IMG/VR virus record: IMGVR_UViG_3300022562_001918
Source: an uncultured virus (IMG/VR IMGVR_UViG_3300022562_001918)
Taxonomy: Duplodnaviria; Heunggongvirae; Uroviricota; Caudoviricetes
Direction: 5' to 3' (one strand)
DNA: 64,000 bases
The first letter of the stretch is position 1. The number at the start of each line of letters is the position of its first letter. Below the pieces are notes generated by a model. The model made no database searches. It was not told the origin of the DNA and was given only the letters and a program-made list of their open reading frames with translations. This document shows positions 31,491-40,070 of this stretch, piece by piece. Made by a program: the position numbers and the translations under genes.

Positions 31491-31969
31491 GCGATAAAGG
31501 CCCCCCCGAAGACCTGAGCAAGGAAGATCTTTGGGACCGTTACCTCAGATCTCAGGCAGACCGAGAAAACGAGCGCAAAAGACACCTCAAGGAGATTCGT
31601 CGAGCCCGAGAGGAGGGTGTCACTCAGGCCCTTCGTGAAGTACTCCCTGCCGTAGACGAGCTCGAGCGGGCCACCTTGGCCGCAGAGAAGGTCAAGGGGC
31701 GCGGTGGACTCAAGCAGATCCGAGAGGGTCTTGGGCACACCCGGCGCAGCGTCCAGCAGACCCTGCGCAACATCGGCGTTGAGGCCTTCGATTCCGTTGG
31801 GCAGGACTTCGACCCCAACCGAATGGAGGCACTATCTCGCGTGCCCGATCCAACCCTCGAACCCGGCAAGGTCGCGGGCGAGCTCGAGCGCGGATACACC
31901 CACCAAGGAAAACTGCTCCGCCCGGCCCGGGTTGCAGTATCAGTCAAGCCAGATGAGGAGGCATCATGA
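31487..31969 (+). CDS. grpE: Nucleotide exchange factor GrpE
   Basis: LRSQADRENERKR, LPAVDELERA, GQDFDPNRMEA, GYTHQGKLLRPARVAVS. Confidence 0.92.
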   Translation: MSDKGPPEDLSKEDLWDRYLRSQADRENERKRHLKEIRRAREEGVTQALREVLPAVDELERATLAAEKVKGRGGLKQIREGLGHTRRSVQQTLRNIGVEAFDSVGQDFDPNRMEALSRVPDPTLEPGKVAGELERGYTHQGKLLRPARVAVSVKPDEEAS

Positions 31970-32322
31970 GTTCAGTCACCTGTCCCCAGTGCGGGATGGA
32001 ATCCCACAACCCCAATGATGTCAGGGAGAGGTACTGCGGCCGTTGCCACCAGTTTCACTTCGCCCTCGAGCACCAAGAGCCCGTCCACCTCAACGCCATC
32101 GTTGCTGACTTGCAGAAGCCTCTCATGAGGCTAATGGGGGATGGCGCGCCATTCTCGCTTCAGTTCGAGCAGTTCACCCAAGACGGTGTGAAGTACTGGC
32201 GAGCTCTCATCAAGATCGGAAAAGGGGTTTGGAAAACCTCTCACAATCCGCAGGTTACGCCAACGGATGCCCTTCGTGAGCTATCAGAGATCATGGTCGA
32301 GGCCAGAGAGGCGAGCGCATGA
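31966..32322 (+). CDS. Hypothetical protein with N-terminal Zn-finger
   Basis: TCPQCG...YCGRCH. Confidence 0.7.
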   Translation: MSSVTCPQCGMESHNPNDVRERYCGRCHQFHFALEHQEPVHLNAIVADLQKPLMRLMGDGAPFSLQFEQFTQDGVKYWRALIKIGKGVWKTSHNPQVTPTDALRELSEIMVEAREASA

Positions 32323-32555
32323 AGGCTGCTCTTGTTGTTCCACCTCAAGCCATAAGACATCTCCTCGCCGCAATGAAGGCGGACGTCAACGAGGACGGTT
32401 CACCTGTTCTCAGCGAGAGCTCTTTCTTTGTCGGATCCGATGGAGATTTCGTCATACCCGAAGGCACCAAGTACTACGTCGACGGAGAACCCCACGACCT
32501 AGTTGGCGAGCTCAGGCTTGCTGGCGAGGGGATCATGATTGGCGGAGTTTTCTGA
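32319..32555 (+). CDS. Hypothetical protein
   Basis: ATGA overlap; last gene before a terminator. Confidence 0.6.
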   Translation: MKAALVVPPQAIRHLLAAMKADVNEDGSPVLSESSFFVGSDGDFVIPEGTKYYVDGEPHDLVGELRLAGEGIMIGGVF

Positions 32556-32567
32556 TAAGCCCTAGCG

Positions 32568-32601
32568 GGCGGGGGACTTAGGTCCCTCGCTCTTTTTTAG
32601 C
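32568..32601 (+). terminator. Intrinsic terminator ending TTTTTTAGC
   Basis: GCGGGGGAC-TTAG-GTCCCTCGC hairpin followed by T6-AGC. Confidence 0.75.
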
Positions 32602-32625
32602 CTGTTGGGTTAGACTACATGTGCC

Positions 32626-33021
32626 ATGTCAGCACGCACCATCGAACAAAAGATCGCCGCCGGCAGCAACTTCGACGGCACAGCTCCTACCACGACACGG
32701 GTCAACGAGAAGGACATGGAGCGGTATCCCGAGGATACTGTGGGCGGACTGTTCGAGTTCGGTCTCGACCGACCAACCGATCTCATTCAGGTCATGATCA
32801 AGTTCGGCGGGCAGGCCACCTGGTCTCTCAGCCTGGTCGACGCCGACGATGTCGAGATTGTCCTGGCCTCTGGCACCACCGAAGCGTCGTTCTTCAGCAC
32901 CACCGATGTAGGACCTCTGGCAGGCCTACTGCTCCTCGAGGGTCAACGACTCAAGCTCGTAACCGCCGGGGCCAGCACAGCAATGGTTGCCCGGGTCAGC
33001 GTCGATCAGTACCGAAGCTAA
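32626..33021 (+). CDS. Hypothetical beta-rich (possibly virion) protein
   Basis: 131 aa, Thr/Gly-rich; TAGACT just upstream. Confidence 0.65.
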   Translation: MSARTIEQKIAAGSNFDGTAPTTTRVNEKDMERYPEDTVGGLFEFGLDRPTDLIQVMIKFGGQATWSLSLVDADDVEIVLASGTTEASFFSTTDVGPLAGLLLLEGQRLKLVTAGASTAMVARVSVDQYRS

Positions 33022-33522
33022 CTACTTCGGCGGCTTCGGCGGCTTGTATTCAACCATGGCTCGCTCGCTCTTCGGTGCGTCGCTGGAGACCTGCTGCATC
33101 GATGGCCATGGTTGGTTGCGAACATCCTCTGTTCCCATGTAGTCAGACATATTGCCTCTGGCATACCGGGTGTTGTCTGCCTGGTTTTGGATTCGCGAGA
33201 AAGGGTTCTTCCTCGATGCGGATGTCTTGGCAAGAAGCATGGGGGAGTTCCGCGCAGGATTAACCGGCTTTGGCCCGTAATTGCTTTGGATGAAATCCAT
33301 CGTCTTTCGAAGACTTTTTTCCTCTGTATCTAATTTCCTGGTGGCCCTTCCAAGATTCCACTGAGCATTCCTGAGATTCTCGTCGGCTCGCCTTACCCTT
33401 GCAGTGGCTGGGTCTTTGTAGACTGGGGTTTCTCTAGCTGATGTTCGAATGCCTGACACATCACCAATCGAGCCCGCCATCTTGACGAGCTCGTCAGTGA
33501 AACCTGCGAGGAAGTTGTTCAC
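33022..33522 (-). CDS. GFxDELxKxA-leader protein
   Basis: MNNFLAGFTDELVKMA (GTG start overlapping the upstream stop). Confidence 0.8.
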   Translation of the reverse strand: MNNFLAGFTDELVKMAGSIGDVSGIRTSARETPVYKDPATARVRRADENLRNAQWNLGRATRKLDTEEKSLRKTMDFIQSNYGPKPVNPARNSPMLLAKTSASRKNPFSRIQNQADNTRYARGNMSDYMGTEDVRNQPWPSMQQVSSDAPKSERAMVEYKPPKPPK

Positions 33523-34427
33523 TTCTTACCCAGAACCCTGTCAAAAATTCCGCCAAAGTTTCCTTGGGCATCCCCGCGCCAGGTTCCGGCTACAAGTGCG
33601 TTTCGCTTGGCTTTCTCTTTCTCTAAATCGAAACCCCTTCGCTGAAGATTTGCATAACGTTTGTCAGAAAGGGATGCAAGAATGCCGCCCTTTTTCTTTT
33701 CTGTTTTCTTTATCTGTTTAGACAGATCGTTGATTCGATCATGCTGCCGAAGTCTAACCGCGCCCAGAGAACGCCTTTCTGAGCCTCCCTGCAGAGACCT
33801 AGATTTGGCACCGGCTGCCGCTCTATCTCTAATCCATTTCAGACTAACGGCAACCTTCACGCCCTCTCCAGCCTTCTTCCGAAGCCCACAGCCCGTGCCG
33901 TGCATGCCCTTGCCACAGCCGTACTTTGGACCGCACATGGCCTTCGCCTGCTTTTCATGAACGCCCTTACCATTGCAGTGAGGGCATCCCTTGCCGGCGC
34001 ACTTCGAGCACTTCTCCATCTCGGCTTTCTTGCCAAACGCCCCCGGCATATCGGTCGGGTTCACCTTGTCAGTGAACGACGGGGCGCGCTTCTTACCAAG
34101 GTTGCCCAGTCCGCCACCGTACTTGGTGTCCTCGGCGCCCTGCTCGAGCACCTGGCCGCCCTCGCCCTCGACGACGCGAGCCCGCTCGTCACCCTCGGCC
34201 TCCTCGAGGATCTTCTTGATCGTCTTGCCGGCTTTGTCCGAAGACTCTTCGGCCTTCTTCTTCATGCGGAACTTGGTCCTCTGGCCAAGGTCTTCCACCT
34301 TACTCACCATGCCGCGGACCTTTCGGCCAAGCAAAGATTGGCTACCCCCAACCGTCCTGAACAGGGGGTGGGAAGCCTCTTTCTCAAGCTCGGCCATGAA
34401 TCCATCGAGGAAGTAGTTGCCCGTCAT
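33519..34427 (-). CDS. GFxxELxKxA-leader polyprotein with internal K-x-A sites and a CxxC-CxxC finger
   Basis: MTGNYFLDGFMAELEKEA; internal KKA/KRA/KQA/KVA; CSKCAGKGCPHCNGKG. Confidence 0.8.
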   Translation of the reverse strand: MTGNYFLDGFMAELEKEASHPLFRTVGGSQSLLGRKVRGMVSKVEDLGQRTKFRMKKKAEESSDKAGKTIKKILEEAEGDERARVVEGEGGQVLEQGAEDTKYGGGLGNLGKKRAPSFTDKVNPTDMPGAFGKKAEMEKCSKCAGKGCPHCNGKGVHEKQAKAMCGPKYGCGKGMHGTGCGLRKKAGEGVKVAVSLKWIRDRAAAGAKSRSLQGGSERRSLGAVRLRQHDRINDLSKQIKKTEKKKGGILASLSDKRYANLQRRGFDLEKEKAKRNALVAGTWRGDAQGNFGGIFDRVLGKK

Positions 34428-34720
34428 AGTTCGTCTCTCTCTAGCTTCGTCATTCTCTTGCTACCAATGGCACTGCCGACACCGAGCGCGCCGGCCGTGC
34501 CAAGGCCTGCCATTCCCTGGAGGATTTTGCGCCGCCTTACCTTCTTTGCCTGGATCGCCAGTACCCTGTCAACATCCGCCGGCCTGACGCCAAGCTGCTT
34601 GGCCAGGGTTCTGCGTCGCATGTAGTCCTTGCCCTGCGCCATGAGCTTCTTCACGCCAGCGCGAAAGCGAGCTTCCTTGATGAGTTCGCTACCAAACCCT
34701 GCTGTGAAGTGACTGTTCAT
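34424..34720 (-). CDS. GFxxELxKxA-leader protein (likely start 34720)
   Basis: MNSHFTAGFGSELIKEA; ATGA overlap; basic, with a C-terminal glycine zipper. Confidence 0.8.
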   Translation of the reverse strand: MNSHFTAGFGSELIKEARFRAGVKKLMAQGKDYMRRRTLAKQLGVRPADVDRVLAIQAKKVRRRKILQGMAGLGTAGALGVGSAIGSKRMTKLERDEL

Positions 34721-35064
34721 CGACCTCTCCTGAGTGCTTTCATGATCTTGCCAGCTATGCCCCCGCTGGACTTGGCAGCAAGCTGCTGCTCGAGCTTCTT
34801 GATTCGCCGTCTGTTCGCCGATGCCCTGAAGGGGGCCGACGCCATCATGGCTGCGGGAACACCCACCGCGCCAGCAGCTAGAGCCTTGTGGCTGGCCTTG
34901 TCGGGGTCGAGGCCGAAGCTTTTCATTCCTCCGCGAGCCGCTCGTCGGGTGTACTCCTTGGTCATATTCCAAGCCTTATCGTCAACCGATCCGGTCAGGA
35001 TATCCATTAATCCACCCGTCTTTACGAGCTCGTCGGCAAACCCGGCTGTGAAGTGGCTGTTCAT
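34717..35064 (-). CDS. GFxDELxK-leader protein
   Basis: MNSHFTAGFADELVKTG. Confidence 0.8.
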   Translation of the reverse strand: MNSHFTAGFADELVKTGGLMDILTGSVDDKAWNMTKEYTRRAARGGMKSFGLDPDKASHKALAAGAVGVPAAMMASAPFRASANRRRIKKLEQQLAAKSSGGIAGKIMKALRRGR

Positions 35065-37079
35065 GAAGATGCTTCCCCTGGCTGCCCCACGAGCTTCCTA
35101 AAAGCACCCGTGGACACACTCGTCATACTACCAAAAGCCCATTCCGGCATGTTCCGAAGAAACGCCTTCTTGGCATCGGTGGCCGAGGCGTAACCCACCA
35201 TAAACTTGTCCTCGTCGTACTCGCCGGTCTTCTTCTTCTGGCGAATCTTGTAGACGTTCTTGGCCGCCTCGTCGCCCGCGTCGGGGTTGAAGTAGACGTC
35301 GATGGCCTCCCCATCTGCACCCTTGCCATAGGTTCCAGGCATGTAGCCGTAGTGGTCACGCATCGTACGCTCCCACCTCTTGCCCGTCGCGCCATTCACG
35401 CCAGAGCGGGTGTCGCCCTTCTCGTACTCAAGCTTCATGGTGATCCCCTGCCAGGAAACCTGCTTCTTGGCAGCGCCAGCCATCTTCTTGATGGCCCGGG
35501 TCTTTCGCTCGAGCTCGGCAGACAAGCTCGCTGCGGGGTTCGGTAGCGTCCGCGGCCTGTCGTCCATGGCGGCGAGCTCGGCAGCCTTGTTGAAGATCCA
35601 GGCGGCCACCTTCTCCTCGGCTTCGGCAATGAACGGGGGCGGATCTTCGAGGGTCACCCGCACGAGAGCCTTGGGGGTAACCGGGGTCTCAAGCTTGGGT
35701 ACCGGTAGCGGCTGGACAACCATGGACTCACCGGCCTCGTCGGGAACGACACTTCCGCCATCGACGTTGGCCTTCTTGCCCATGCCGCTAGGACCAAAAC
35801 GGGCAAGTTCCTGTTTCGTGATCGTCCCAGCCTTTTTCGCGCGATCATCACGCCGCTTCTTGGCGTAGTACTTCGCCGTCGATGAGTTTTTGGATCCGCT
35901 TCGGCTGCCAATGAATCTCTCCCGGGCCGTACTTGCCCGCTTCTCCTTGAACTGCTTTATCTCTCTCCGAATGCTCTCGCGGAAGTCTTTTTGATTCTGA
36001 GACGGTCGGTCGCCCTTGTCCCTGTACTCGACACCAGCCTTTTTCTCGCCGCCTTCGCGCACGCGCTCGCGCAGGAAACTCCGCACCTTCTCTTGGATAA
36101 AGCTGTTCTCGCCGCCGCCTTGCTGCAGCGTCCCGTTTGAGTTCGGCGAGCCAGAGGACTCCTGGCCCTCCTTGAGGAGGCGGGCTTGAGGAAAAGCGCT
36201 TGCTGCCAACTCCCCCTGAGAACTCTTCGTCCTGCGCTGAACACTGCCAGCCCATCGCTGAATAGCCTTGGCCTTATCGGCGTCTGACATGTGGCGAATC
36301 CAGCTTGGATCAATCTCGCTCTTGGCAATCTCCATCGCCGACCTCCGTGGTCTGCGGAAAAGTCGAATGCTCGAGGTCTTTGTCAGGTCTCGGATGGTAT
36401 CAACCTCGTCGACCGATCCCTTAGCCTTGGCCAGGTGTTTGTCGCAGGCTGGAACGATCGCGCGACCCTCGGCCCAGATGACACCCTTGGTCGCTGGCTC
36501 TTTGCAGAACTTGCAGGTGTAGGACTTGGCGAGCTTGGCCCCAACCTTCTCGTACTCATACCCGCCACCCTTGATGCGACTGTGGACCGTCTTGCCGACG
36601 CTCTTGTTCCGCACCATCGAGCGAGCCACATTCTGCGGCACACCCTTGTAGCGGTACGTCCCGCCAGACTTGTAGGTGATGACGAGGTCACCGTTCTTCG
36701 CGTCATAGCTGAAGCCGCGAACGTTCGAGCTCGTCGGCGTAAGCCTCGAGTAAAGCGCTGCGGCGTGCTTGGAGATTTCGTGGCCAGCAACACCGCCAAC
36801 AAGGGCTCCAGTGCCAGCCCCTATCGCAGTACCCTTGATGGCCCTCTTGCGACCCTCTTCCGCAATACGCCTAAGATCTTTCTCAAGCCCCTTCCCGAAG
36901 ATGTACTTCGCACTTCGAAGCGGTCCTTTGGGTCCGAGGGTATAGTACTTCGGCTTAAGCGCCATGACCGCAAGGGCACCAAGAAGACCTGCGGGAACTC
37001 CTGCGGCCGCACCGGTAACTGCGCCAGCGCTAATACCTGCTGCGCGTTTCTTCTTCGAGCTGCGTTTCCGATCAGACAT
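35061..37079 (-). CDS. Multidomain protein: glycine zippers, KTSC domain, Zn-finger, inorganic-pyrophosphatase-like domain
   Basis: KTSC: SSNVRGFSYD...LVITYKSGGTYRYKGVP...SVGK. PPase-like: HYGYMPGT..ADGEAIDVY...YDEDKFMVGY. CKFC...C..H. Confidence 0.8.
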   Translation of the reverse strand: MSDRKRSSKKKRAAGISAGAVTGAAAGVPAGLLGALAVMALKPKYYTLGPKGPLRSAKYIFGKGLEKDLRRIAEEGRKRAIKGTAIGAGTGALVGGVAGHEISKHAAALYSRLTPTSSNVRGFSYDAKNGDLVITYKSGGTYRYKGVPQNVARSMVRNKSVGKTVHSRIKGGGYEYEKVGAKLAKSYTCKFCKEPATKGVIWAEGRAIVPACDKHLAKAKGSVDEVDTIRDLTKTSSIRLFRRPRRSAMEIAKSEIDPSWIRHMSDADKAKAIQRWAGSVQRRTKSSQGELAASAFPQARLLKEGQESSGSPNSNGTLQQGGGENSFIQEKVRSFLRERVREGGEKKAGVEYRDKGDRPSQNQKDFRESIRREIKQFKEKRASTARERFIGSRSGSKNSSTAKYYAKKRRDDRAKKAGTITKQELARFGPSGMGKKANVDGGSVVPDEAGESMVVQPLPVPKLETPVTPKALVRVTLEDPPPFIAEAEEKVAAWIFNKAAELAAMDDRPRTLPNPAASLSAELERKTRAIKKMAGAAKKQVSWQGITMKLEYEKGDTRSGVNGATGKRWERTMRDHYGYMPGTYGKGADGEAIDVYFNPDAGDEAAKNVYKIRQKKKTGEYDEDKFMVGYASATDAKKAFLRNMPEWAFGSMTSVSTGAFRKLVGQPGEASS

Positions 37080-37630
37080 CAGTCCCTCATCTGCCCAAGC
37101 AAACGATTTTGCTCTTTCTCGCGCCGCTCTTTTTCTTTTTTGCGACTCCCGCTTGAAAGTGCTCGTGCGGTAAGACCCAGGCCAACTAGGCCGGCAACGG
37201 TTCGCCCGTCTCGTCCCAGCCCAAGTTTTTTGCCTGCATAAGATCCAACTCGGCCACCGCCAGCAAGCGCCATTCCTCGACCGATGGATTCACCGACAGA
37301 TCTTCCAGACCCAGCAAGTTGATCGAGACCAGCAAAGACACCCGAACCAGCCAGGTATCTCCGAAGCGCTGGTGAGTATCGACGCAGATCTGGGGGCGGC
37401 TTTGCCTCGGCACCCTTCTTAGTCAAGTGAGGAGCAAGCCATGCCCGGCGCTCAGCATCCGTCAGACCCTGCGTCTTGGTCGACCCCGCTCGCAACCAGG
37501 ACCGACGCTCAGCATCCGTCAGACCCTTCCCCGCCCTCTTCGCCTCCTTCTTGGCCGAGCCAAAGATGAGCTTCGCAATCGAAGCCGTTTTCGTTAGCTC
37601 ATCGGCGAAGCCCGCGAGGAAGTTGTCCAT
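37079..37630 (-). CDS. GFxDELxKxA-leader protein (likely start 37630)
   Basis: MDNFLAGFADELTKTAS; internal duplicated GLTDAERRxWL. Confidence 0.8.
   Translation of the reverse strand: MDNFLAGFADELTKTASIAKLIFGSAKKEAKRAGKGLTDAERRSWLRAGSTKTQGLTDAERRAWLAPHLTKKGAEAKPPPDLRRYSPALRRYLAGSGVFAGLDQLAGSGRSVGESIGRGMALAGGGRVGSYAGKKLGLGRDGRTVAGLVGLGLTARALSSGSRKKEKERREKEQNRLLGQMRD
37449..37527. repeat. 22-bp direct repeat with 57-bp period inside a CDS
   Basis: CGCTCAGCATCCGTCAGACCCT at 37449-37470 and 37506-37527. Confidence 0.85.
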
Positions 37631-37691
37631 GTCGCCATTCTCACACAGCATGCGCTCACCCTGCAATCACAAGGGTTTGGCCAGATTAGAG

Positions 37692-37714
37692 CACTCCTTC
37701 GATCCTGGCAAAAG
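37692..37714 (+). promoter_or_regulatory. Putative phage promoter variant CACT-N11-GGCAAAAG
   Basis: One mismatch to the consensus; followed by ATGAAG like other copies. Confidence 0.65.
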
Positions 37715-37962
37715 ATCTATGAAGGGGGACTAGCCCCTTTCTTTCGTGGAGGGTTCCCGCCCTCTGCTTGTAGTCCCACCCCCAACCAATGGAACTAGAA
37801 AGGAAATGGAGGAACAGTCCAAACAAACACCAGTTGCCTAAACACCATGGCTGCCCGCAAGGCTCTAGCGGGGCACCTGGCCAAAGAGCAACTACTGCAT
37901 TTCACAGCGGGGCTCTGCCCCCGCTTTGTTTACCATGCAAACTTGAACCAAAGGAGATCTAC

Positions 37963-38382
37963 ATGTCCAAACAACCAACCAGAATCCTCATCGTCGAGGA
38001 TAGTCTCGCCAGAATGGAGCGCCTCAATGAATGGCTTCCAGACGGCGTGAGGCTCATCAACGCTCGATCTGCCGGCGTAGCCATCGGCATGCTCAAGAGA
38101 GACCCCGGAAAGGTCTACCAGGGCATCATGCTCGACTACGATCTGCAAAGCAGAGCCGTCGTCCAATCAGACCTTGGAATGAGCGGAAACGACGTCATGA
38201 AGGCCATCGTTCAAAACGTTGACAGAGACGTCCCAATCCTTGTTCACTCCATGAACAAGACCGAGCCAGGGCGCGTCGTCAGCGAGCTCGAGGGCGAAGG
38301 ATTTTTCGTGACACGGATTCCGATGTCGAAGCTGACCCGAAGCTCGTTTAACGATTGGATTGAAATTGTCGCAGAACGATAG
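37963..38382 (+). CDS. Receiver-like domain protein (cyclic-phosphate-processing receiver type)
   Basis: AAGGAG RBS; RILIVEDS..R, LDYDL, SG.DV, ILVHSMN. Confidence 0.7.
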   Translation: MSKQPTRILIVEDSLARMERLNEWLPDGVRLINARSAGVAIGMLKRDPGKVYQGIMLDYDLQSRAVVQSDLGMSGNDVMKAIVQNVDRDVPILVHSMNKTEPGRVVSELEGEGFFVTRIPMSKLTRSSFNDWIEIVAER

Positions 38383-38743
38383 CAAAGCCGCTAGGCGGCG
38401 AAGGAACCGGGAACGACGTCGACGAGAAGAGGCTGAGGCAAGAGCTCGAAGAAATGACTATGTTTCAGAGATTACGCTCGACCCCGTTGACGACGTTGAC
38501 TCTGTCTTTGAGATCATGAAAGAGATCATCCCAGATCTTGAAAGGTCTCACGTAGAGAAAGCATGCACTGGATCAGCTCCGCTGTATCGCCGATACAACA
38601 AAGACCTAAGCACGTCCGTTGAGGTTATGATGGAAGTTATAGCTGCCATTCGAGAAAACGGACTCAGGGGGTGGTATAGAAAAACCAAGAACGGGAAACC
38701 GAACGCCGAGGTAAGACTTGGCCAGCGCCACGCGGAAGCGTGA
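38360..38743 (+). CDS. Hypothetical protein
   Basis: ORF followed by a terminator; start uncertain. Confidence 0.5.
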   Translation: MKLSQNDSKAARRRRNRERRRREEAEARARRNDYVSEITLDPVDDVDSVFEIMKEIIPDLERSHVEKACTGSAPLYRRYNKDLSTSVEVMMEVIAAIRENGLRGWYRKTKNGKPNAEVRLGQRHAEA

Positions 38744-38746
38744 CGG

Positions 38747-38773
38747 AGGAGGCTTCGGCCTCCTCTTTTTAGC
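38747..38773 (+). terminator. Intrinsic terminator ending TTTTTAGC
   Basis: GAGGAGGC-TTCG-GCCTCCTC followed by T5-AGC. Confidence 0.85.
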
Positions 38774-40013
38774 TCCACAGGTCGTTTAGCTTATCGCTCG
38801 AGGCAAGGATGTCTTTTTTGACATCGTCTGCGAATCCATCAAACCTTTTCTTGAATTTGGCTGGATTTTTTTCCGCCATAGGAATGAAACGCTCTAGTCC
38901 ATTCTCGAATGCATCTTCGAGACCTGGGGACCGGTCAAATATCCTGTGTCGAGAATTTTTCGAGCTCGGCGCCGCCCGCTGAAACATAACGAGCGGGTTC
39001 TTTTGCATGCTCTCCACATGCGGAGCCAGCTCTGCATCTGTTGGCTTGTGCACCCTGCGAATAGTCTCGCTCGGAGTAATATTCGTCTTCTTGCCAAAGA
39101 ATGCGTCTGACTTCAGTTTGCCACTGGCAATACCCTCCGCCGTCCCCTTCGGCTGAAGCATCGGGTCTGTCAAGATCGGCCTGCCTGATTTCTTGTCGAC
39201 CATGATGTTTCCACCATGGAGGTCAGCGCCCTCCATCTTGTACTTATCTTTTGCCTCTCCAAATGCCTTTTGAACATCCTTGGTCCTGTTGGTCAGTTCT
39301 TTTCTCTGGCCCTGGATTTTTTCTACGTCTGCCGACCTTCCCTCTCTCTTGGCCTTTGCCTCGAGCATGTCGAATTCAGCCCTCTTCTTGTTGATCGTTC
39401 GACCTTGAACAACATCTAGGTGATGGGCTTTAGCTCCGGTAAGAGGGCTTGTGGTCTCACCCTTGAAGCCCACCACCCGTGGGTCATCTTTCATGTTCTC
39501 GAAAAACTTCCTCTTGGTCTCGACCGTTCCCGGTCCTGCAAGGCCCTCTGGGTGATAAACCTTGGTCGCACTTATTCCTCTAGTTGGATGTGCCGTGACG
39601 AATGGAGTCCCTTCGGCGGTGCCCTTTTCTGGAGAGTACTTGCGTCGAACTTTTTTCGCAGCGAAGGTCCTTGCCTGAGCCGGAGTTAACTCTCTCGGAA
39701 TTTTCTTGGCGTTGAGCCTTTTTGCTTCTTCTATCTCCGCCTTACGCTTAGCAATAACGTCATGAACCGTTGCCGCTCTCTCTTTCTTGTAGCGAGCACC
39801 CTTTAGTCCTGGCCTTTGGGGCTGACCAAGCACCGCTATCTGGCTCCCCATCCAACTGTCTTTGATGGGCTTACCGTAGTTACCAGCACCACGGGCAACA
39901 CGATTGGCCTCCTCTATATTGCCTGCCCGATACAGACGCCTAACCGCCCTGCCTCGAGCGGTTAAGGCAATCTTGATGAGCTCGTCGGAGAACCCGGAGA
40001 AGAATGGAGACAT
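38769..40013 (-). CDS. GFxDELxKxA-leader protein with a protein-kinase-like domain
   Basis: MSPFFSGFSDELIKIA; ATKVY (VAIK-like), DLHGGNIMV catalytic loop, ILTDP (DFG-position Asp). Confidence 0.7.
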   Translation of the reverse strand: MSPFFSGFSDELIKIALTARGRAVRRLYRAGNIEEANRVARGAGNYGKPIKDSWMGSQIAVLGQPQRPGLKGARYKKERAATVHDVIAKRKAEIEEAKRLNAKKIPRELTPAQARTFAAKKVRRKYSPEKGTAEGTPFVTAHPTRGISATKVYHPEGLAGPGTVETKRKFFENMKDDPRVVGFKGETTSPLTGAKAHHLDVVQGRTINKKRAEFDMLEAKAKREGRSADVEKIQGQRKELTNRTKDVQKAFGEAKDKYKMEGADLHGGNIMVDKKSGRPILTDPMLQPKGTAEGIASGKLKSDAFFGKKTNITPSETIRRVHKPTDAELAPHVESMQKNPLVMFQRAAPSSKNSRHRIFDRSPGLEDAFENGLERFIPMAEKNPAKFKKRFDGFADDVKKDILASSDKLNDLWS

Positions 40014-40017
40014 TGCT

Positions 40018-40025
40018 GGCATAAG
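40018..40025 (+). promoter_or_regulatory. GGCATAAG promoter core (upstream element degenerate)
   Basis: Intergenic, heads the radC operon. Confidence 0.55.
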
Positions 40026-40070
40026 GGACCTGTAGGGGCTGACGCCCATTCTACACAACAAGGAGATCCA

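Noticed and set aside
36291..37241. 316-aa plus-strand ORF
   Set aside because: Antisense to the KTSC/PPase and leader-family genes; no RBS or recognisable motifs.
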